DNA from: Vitreimonas sp.
Lineage (GTDB): Bacteria > Patescibacteriota > Microgenomatia > UBA1400 > PJMF01
Length of the DNA: 64,000 nucleotides
Reading direction: 5' to 3'
Assembly (NCBI GenBank): GCA_035627515.1
Contig: DASPLQ010000012.1
Span: 1,034,331 to 1,098,330, forward strand
The notes under the pieces are model-generated. The model was given only the letters and a program-made list of their open reading frames with translations. It did no database searches and had not been told where the DNA came from. Position 1 is the stretch's first letter; each line of letters begins with the position of its first letter. Below are positions 59,129-64,000 of this stretch, piece by piece. The position numbers were made by a program, and so were the translations under genes.

Positions 59129-59480
59129 ATCAATAAAAGCACGTTGTTTCATGAAAGAAACAAAAGAACTGTTATATCCAGATTCATTTGAGCTTAGTTC
59201 AGCGAACATCAACCTTGAAGATAAATATTCAATTGTGAGTTTCTCAACAGGCAAGTTCGACTTAAATGGTCATGAAATATTTGGGGGTGATTTAGTTACC
59301 ACCCCCTCAGGAACCCTCTACAAGATTATTTGGGTAGACAACTCAAGTATGTGTGGATGGGGAATGATGAGAATCCCTGGATTAAAAGCTTTGTTTGTAA
59401 CAGATCTGTGGGAGAAGCTCGAAATCGTAGGAAATATTTACGAGAATCCTGAGATTTTAGAAAGGAGCTCCAATGTCTGA
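59121..59480 (+). CDS. YopX family protein
   Basis: TG..D.NG.EIF.GD.V, EIVGNIYENPE.L. Confidence 0.88.
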   Translation: MNKSIKARCFMKETKELLYPDSFELSSANINLEDKYSIVSFSTGKFDLNGHEIFGGDLVTTPSGTLYKIIWVDNSSMCGWGMMRIPGLKALFVTDLWEKLEIVGNIYENPEILERSSNV

Positions 59481-59646
59481 CACAACTTCCGATAAGGTTT
59501 GGAACTTCTTAAAACCTGGAATTGATGCTGTTAAAGAGCTGAAGCTGCTCACAAAAACTCAAGTGACCAGATTAACTCAAGTGATCGATGACGAGTTGTC
59601 AGTAATCGAAGAAGAACAAGCCGAACGACAAGAAATTGAAGAGTAA
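59473..59646 (+). CDS. 57-aa acidic hypothetical protein not shown in the ORF track
   Basis: SD AAGGAG, ATG 59473, MSDTTSDKVWNFLKPGID...EEEQAERQEIEE*. Confidence 0.7.
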   Translation: MSDTTSDKVWNFLKPGIDAVKELKLLTKTQVTRLTQVIDDELSVIEEEQAERQEIEE

Positions 59647-59707
59647 AAAAATTATTAATTAGTGGCCTTGCTGCCCTCATACCTCTCACCGGGTGTGAAA
59701 GGACCTA

Positions 59708-60244
59708 ATGAAACTGAGACCTGCCGTACTATGCATTTGGTATACCGATTCATTCGGAAATAAAAGACGAGAACCTCAAGGAAAATTCTTCTACCTTGAT
59801 GGAAAGCCTGTATTTCTCGCCGACATGAACCCCAATAAGCTCTGGAGAAAGTTCAATGGCTATTCAATAGCTAAACAAATTCTCGAAGTTTTTTCAGAGC
59901 TTAAACTTCGCCCTCAAATTATTTATCGACTCAAATCTAGTGGTCTTTTGTACTACGCAAAACCTACCTCATTCACTACGAAGGGGATTATGGTTTCGTA
60001 CGGTAATCACCAACAGTACATTCTTCCAATTAAGAATTTTGAAGCTAAACAAAAGGCATTGATTAATGAGCCCAAGAACTTACCTCTTCTCGATCTTGAT
60101 CGTTGGAAGAAACTTGAGGAGATTAACTTCCCTGAACCAGAGCCAAGACCTTCAGCACCTCTAGAAAAGGCTCCGTTTAGTCTCAGCGAGCGGTTCAAAC
60201 AAGTATGTAGTAACAAAACCCAATCACAAGGAGCACTGAACTAA
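59708..60244 (+). CDS. hypothetical phage protein
   Basis: 178-aa ORF with SD AAAGGA. Confidence 0.7.
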   Translation: MKLRPAVLCIWYTDSFGNKRREPQGKFFYLDGKPVFLADMNPNKLWRKFNGYSIAKQILEVFSELKLRPQIIYRLKSSGLLYYAKPTSFTTKGIMVSYGNHQQYILPIKNFEAKQKALINEPKNLPLLDLDRWKKLEEINFPEPEPRPSAPLEKAPFSLSERFKQVCSNKTQSQGALN

Positions 60245-60245
60245 T

Positions 60246-61085
60246 ATGGCACAAAAACGAATGATTGATAAAAAAATCAGTGTTTCTGAGAAAGTGGCTG
60301 ATTTAAAGAGTGATAAAGCAAAGTTGCTCTATACATGGGCAATCCCTCACGCTGACGATTTTGGGCTTCTTCCTGGCTCTGCTCGAACTATTAAAGCAGA
60401 AGTCATGCCAATGGAAGAGATAACTATGGAAGACATTGGTTTCCATTTGGAAGACATGGTGAGGGTGGGCCTACTTAAAGCGGTCACGATTGAATCCAAA
60501 GAATATTACTACATTGTCGATTTCAACAAACATCAAACTTTAAAGAAGGATCGTCAACCACAAACAATTGTGAATATACCTTTGAACAAAGATCCTAAAA
60601 AGAGTTGGGATAGCCTGGAAACTTTAATTAATCAAAGTGTAAATTCCAAAATGGAAACAAGTATTTCCAAATTGGAAGACAATGGAATCCAAATGGAGTC
60701 TGAAGTGAAGAGAAGTGAAGATAAGGGAAGTGAAGTGAAGTTAAGTACTGGCATCGCTGTCGCGAGCCCAGTAAAAAACAAAAGAGTAGCTGACATTAGA
60801 GAGATTTTAAATAAAAGAAGCTTTGAAACTACTCAACCTTCTTCCCAGATTTCAACTGAATGGCAAGACAAAGCAATACGATACATGGAAGCTCTTCATC
60901 TCAATCTAGAAGGAATAACTCGATCAAGGTGGTTCAAAGTCTTCAAGGATGCTCAGTCAGGAAAAAATGCGGGGAATTTAGAAAAAGCGTATTCGTACTT
61001 AATTGATTATCCAGGCAATTTAGATGACGAAGGCAAATTGAATTACTTTTTCCATATTTATAACCACGGACTGAAAAGTTCGTAG
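60246..61085 (+). CDS. phage replication initiator / replisome organizer
   Basis: MA.KRM...I..S, LLY.W...ADD.G wHTH-type N-terminus, low-complexity linker with DNA repeats. Confidence 0.75.
   Translation: MAQKRMIDKKISVSEKVADLKSDKAKLLYTWAIPHADDFGLLPGSARTIKAEVMPMEEITMEDIGFHLEDMVRVGLLKAVTIESKEYYYIVDFNKHQTLKKDRQPQTIVNIPLNKDPKKSWDSLETLINQSVNSKMETSISKLEDNGIQMESEVKRSEDKGSEVKLSTGIAVASPVKNKRVADIREILNKRSFETTQPSSQISTEWQDKAIRYMEALHLNLEGITRSRWFKVFKDAQSGKNAGNLEKAYSYLIDYPGNLDDEGKLNYFFHIYNHGLKSS
60644..60745 (+). repeat. iteron-like palindromes plus a 5-bp purine-rich array (candidate phage origin)
   Basis: TTCCAAAATGGAA, TTCCAAATTGGAA and ATCCAAATGGAG at about 21-22 bp period, then nine NNAAG units at 60701-60745. 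Confidence 0.6.
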
Positions 61086-61094
61086 AAAGGCTGT

Positions 61095-61298
61095 ATGCCC
61101 ACAGCACTCTTTAAACCTAATTTTGCTCAGATGAGCCCACGCAGGCAAAAACTGATCAAGCAAGTTCTTAGTGAGATCGTAAAACGTCCGCTAAGTATGG
61201 AGAAAACTGAGCAAATCTATCATTTTTGCTCATCTCATTACCGAAGCATTTGTGACAGCAAACGAGGTTACTTAGCTTCTAAGAAAAAGGAGGCCTAG
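61095..61298 (+). CDS. hypothetical phage protein
   Basis: 67-aa ORF with SD, coupled to the next ORF. Confidence 0.6.
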   Translation: MPTALFKPNFAQMSPRRQKLIKQVLSEIVKRPLSMEKTEQIYHFCSSHYRSICDSKRGYLASKKKEA

Positions 61299-61534
61299 TG
61301 AACACCGACAGACTCAATAAAGTAGATTACTTCATTTCATTCGTTTGTCGAATTGTCCTGACGGTTCTCTGCTTTGGGGCACTCATGATTCTCTCAAAGA
61401 TAAGCGATAAGCCTGCCCTTGTTATGAATACATGTGGTGCCCTTGAGTCGTGTCAGGCTAACCATGGGCAATTTCGAACGTATCAAAGTAGGGAGCTACT
61501 CACATTTATGTGTGACGTTCCATTAAAACAATAA
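61298..61534 (+). CDS. small membrane protein
   Basis: SD AAGGAGG, GTG start, one TM. Confidence 0.6.
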   Translation: MNTDRLNKVDYFISFVCRIVLTVLCFGALMILSKISDKPALVMNTCGALESCQANHGQFRTYQSRELLTFMCDVPLKQ

Positions 61535-61542
61535 AGGCTTAA

Positions 61543-62118
61543 ATGAAAATTTTATATTTCGACGTAGAAACCACAGGAAGAGATGCCGTGAAGAATGATA
61601 TTACCCAGCTCTCTGGAGCTTTGGAAATTGATGGAAATATCGTTGAAGAGTTCAACTATAGACTTCAGCCAATAAACTGGGACACGGTTGAACCAGAAGC
61701 TTTAGAGGTAACGGGTATTAGTTTAGAAGAACTTAAAACGTTCCCTACGCCTGATAAAGCCTACAAAAGTTTTCTAGCGATGCTTGATAAACATATTAGT
61801 AAATTTGATCGTACAGACAAATTTTACCCTGCTGGCTACAACGTGCGATTTGACCTGGATTTCTTGGGTAATTTCTTTAAAAAGAACGGAAATAACTACT
61901 TTGGTTCGTACTGCAATTGGAAGGCAATTGATCCCTTGCCAATTCTGCAATTTATGGACGCACATAAAATGATTGCTTTGGAAAACTACAAACTGTCTAC
62001 GGTTTGTAATCACTTTGGGATCGAAATTCAGGCTCATGATGCCATGAGCGACATTATGGCGACGAAAAAACTCATCGCCAAAGTACGAGGTTTTATATCA
62101 ACCTCAGAAATTTTGTAA
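61543..62118 (+). CDS. DEDDh 3'-5' exonuclease (DnaQ-like)
   Basis: YFDVETTG, GYNVRFD, AHDAMSDI. Confidence 0.92.
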   Translation: MKILYFDVETTGRDAVKNDITQLSGALEIDGNIVEEFNYRLQPINWDTVEPEALEVTGISLEELKTFPTPDKAYKSFLAMLDKHISKFDRTDKFYPAGYNVRFDLDFLGNFFKKNGNNYFGSYCNWKAIDPLPILQFMDAHKMIALENYKLSTVCNHFGIEIQAHDAMSDIMATKKLIAKVRGFISTSEIL

Positions 62119-62145
62119 TTATTTGAAATTTTATTTGGAGAAACT

Positions 62146-62379
62146 ATGACTAATGAAAACACTAAAAACCTAATTGGACTTAATCCTCAGCCAATGACGC
62201 TTGAAGAATTACCAGATTTATTAAAACCTGCGGAGGTAGCTCAATATCTCAGAGTTTCTGTTTTTACTGTGAAGCGATGGGCTAAGAAAGGAGCTATTGC
62301 CTCAATGAACATTAACAGCAGAGGAGATATTCGAATTAAAAAAGAAGAAGTTTTAAAAATGTTTGAAAGGAAAAACTAA
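62146..62379 (+). CDS. MerR-like/excisionase HTH (BldC-like), copy 1
   Basis: LLKPAEVAQYLRVSVFTVKRWAKKG...INSRGDIRI. Confidence 0.85.
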   Translation: MTNENTKNLIGLNPQPMTLEELPDLLKPAEVAQYLRVSVFTVKRWAKKGAIASMNINSRGDIRIKKEEVLKMFERKN

Positions 62380-62380
62380 T

Positions 62381-62614
62381 ATGTTCATACCCGACAACGA
62401 CAACGATCAAGTAAAGCCATCCATCACTATTGAGAATATGCCGAAGCTCTTAAAACCTTGTGAAGCAGCAGAAATCTTTAGAGTGACACCACTTACTGTT
62501 AAACGTTGGATCAAAAGAGGTCATTTGGAATCCACCAAGATTAATTCTCGAGGTGATAATCGTATACCAAGAGAGAGCGTATTGAGGTTAGCTGAAAAAG
62601 GGTTTGGAGCATAG
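62381..62614 (+). CDS. MerR-like/excisionase HTH (BldC-like), copy 2
   Basis: LLKPCEAAEIFRVTPLTVKRWIKRG...INSRGDNRI; start ATG 62381. Confidence 0.85.
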   Translation: MFIPDNDNDQVKPSITIENMPKLLKPCEAAEIFRVTPLTVKRWIKRGHLESTKINSRGDNRIPRESVLRLAEKGFGA

Positions 62615-62624
62615 CAAAGGTATT

Positions 62625-63053
62625 ATGAGAAAAAACATCAAAAATTATACGAGCAGAGATACTGTCACCAAATCTCTCAATCATATTCAACAACTTTTAG
62701 CTTCTAAAAAGGCTGAAAAGATCATGATTGATTACAAAGATGGTGAACCAGTTGCTATTACTTTTTTAATAAATTCACCTAAAGGTTTATTGCCAATTAG
62801 ATTGCCAGCCAGAATAGAAGGTGTGGCAGCGGTAATGTATGGGGCACGACTTAATCAACTAAATAACCAAGCTCTTGATCAAGTTAAGCGAACAGCGTGG
62901 AAAAATATCTTTGACTGGATTGACGCTCAAATTGCACTCGTTGAAACAGAGATGGTTAAACTAGAAGAGGTGTTCTTGCCCTATATAGTAATCGGCCAAT
63001 ATACAGTATTTGAAAAGTTTGAATCAGGTACTTTATTAGGAGATGGACAATGA
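62625..63053 (+). CDS. phage-type hypothetical protein
   Basis: KNYTS, R.AWK...DWI.AQ.A, EEVFLPY pattern recalled from phage early regions; start ATG 62625. Confidence 0.7.
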   Translation: MRKNIKNYTSRDTVTKSLNHIQQLLASKKAEKIMIDYKDGEPVAITFLINSPKGLLPIRLPARIEGVAAVMYGARLNQLNNQALDQVKRTAWKNIFDWIDAQIALVETEMVKLEEVFLPYIVIGQYTVFEKFESGTLLGDGQ

Positions 63054-63463
63054 AACTAGAACAACAAGTCGTCTCACCAGAACTCGCCAAACAAATTAAA
63101 GAAGCTGGTTATCCCCAGGATTCACATTTCTGGCATTGGTTTGATGATAATAAAAAATATATTGGTATTACTGATTGGCTTTCCATTACAGAACTAAACC
63201 CTGGTCATGGTCCATCTGATGTAGCCAAGTATAAAAATTATATTGCCGCCCCCACCGTCGCTGAGTTGGGTGAGAAGTTGCCAGGACTGATTAACTACAA
63301 AGGACTTAAAAACCTCTACGCTTCTTTTTACAAATCAGTACTTTTTGAATGTGGTTATTTTGATGTTGATGATAAGAGTTATTTTGAATCATCAGAAGAC
63401 AAATCAGAAGCAGATGCCAGAGCCAAGTGTTGGTTATATCTGAAAAAGGAGGGTTTGCTATGA
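63050..63463 (+). CDS. hypothetical phage protein
   Basis: VS.ELAK.IKE.G and APT.AEL motifs; ATGA overlap. Confidence 0.7.
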   Translation: MKLEQQVVSPELAKQIKEAGYPQDSHFWHWFDDNKKYIGITDWLSITELNPGHGPSDVAKYKNYIAAPTVAELGEKLPGLINYKGLKNLYASFYKSVLFECGYFDVDDKSYFESSEDKSEADARAKCWLYLKKEGLL

Positions 63464-63735
63464 CAGCACACTTAACTAAAGAACAAGAAGAACGGTTTGA
63501 CGGGAAATTTAAAAAAATTACAGGTAATGACAGGTTGGGAGAGCACTGGATTACTGGCCTAAAAGGCATTGAGGAATATGAGTTAGTTGATGTGAAACAA
63601 CAGATGGCTGAAGAGATTGAGAGAGCTGTGGAATTGGAGAGACTAAAGATTGCTAAAGACATGAAAAATGCTTTTGAAGCTCAAGGCAGAAATTTAGAAA
63701 CATTAGATGGCTTTATGAACTGGTCTAGAGAATAA
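63460..63735 (+). CDS. hypothetical phage protein
   Basis: SD AAGGAGG, ATG 63460. Confidence 0.65.
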   Translation: MTAHLTKEQEERFDGKFKKITGNDRLGEHWITGLKGIEEYELVDVKQQMAEEIERAVELERLKIAKDMKNAFEAQGRNLETLDGFMNWSRE

Positions 63736-63761
63736 CTAACTAACAAGGAATAAAGGATTTT

Positions 63762-63953
63762 ATGGAAGAAAAGTATCTCAATTATGTGCATAAAAACGGG
63801 TATGTGTCAGGATATTTATTTAATCTAGTAGTTTACGCCATTATCTACAAACTGTTTGGCGTTGAGTGGCTAATTGTCTTTGGTATTGCCCACATCAACA
63901 CTGATCAAGATTGGACAAACATTTTACTTTTTAAAAACAAAAAGAAAGAATAA
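63762..63953 (+). CDS. small hydrophobic hypothetical protein
   Basis: SD AAAGGA, hydrophobic core. Confidence 0.55.
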   Translation: MEEKYLNYVHKNGYVSGYLFNLVVYAIIYKLFGVEWLIVFGIAHINTDQDWTNILLFKNKKKE

Positions 63954-63961
63954 AGGAGCTT

Positions 63962-64000
63962 ATGAAAGAAAGATTTATACCCATGGAGGCCAAGGGTCAG
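63962..64000 (+). CDS. start of the next phage gene (truncated by the window)
   Basis: SD AAAGGAG + ATG 63962, frame open to the edge. Confidence 0.5.
   Translation, partial: MKERFIPMEAKGQ

Larger units (their letters stand above)
57073..64000 (+). mobile_element. prophage-like early/replication module, continues beyond the window
   Basis: dense co-oriented short ORFs, AAA_24 ATPase, YopX, replication initiator, DEDDh exonuclease, excisionase-type HTHs; shift to A-rich codon usage and SD-led starts. Confidence 0.85.

Noticed and set aside
620-63662. Many 60-125 aa ORFs nested in or antisense to recognised genes
   Set aside because: they are shadows of well-supported genes and show no motifs or start signals
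1-64000. tRNA, rRNA, transposase or integrase genes
   Set aside because: none recognised by eye; nearly all sequence is accounted for by CDS, but no covariance scan was run

Overview
Bacterial chromosome segment using the standard genetic code (TAA, TAG and TGA all end genes). Gene content and style suggest a Patescibacteria/CPR genome, probably Microgenomates-like; this is inference, not a database result. Layout: (1) ~0.1-33.5 kb, a large surface-glycan region (NDP-sugar enzymes WecE/WecD, Rmd-like, Fcl, UDP-xylose synthase, UDP-GlcNAc 2-epimerase, ManC; a STELLO/DUF288-like protein; many GT2/GT4 enzymes; two GT-C enzymes; Wzx; a WaaL-like ligase; a priming sugar transferase; DUF4012) interrupted by ruvC-ruvA-ruvB. 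(2) recO and an alpha2-type glyQS preceded by an unusually compact glycine T-box leader. (3) A dcw cluster from mraZ to ftsZ with yvcK/glmR and inserted orphans; murD, murF and ddl are absent from the window. (4) From ~57.07 kb to the window end, a prophage-like early/replication module directly after the ftsZ terminator, with no integrase at this junction. Best leads: the ultrashort-Stem-I glycine T-box with a possible translational expression platform, a stand-alone ADP-ribosyltransferase-fold orphan, two BldC-like regulators in the prophage, an 8-bp-periodic inverted-repeat element upstream of the priming glycosyltransferase, and a strongly promoted orphan inactivated by one early TAA. All family calls come from motif reading by eye.
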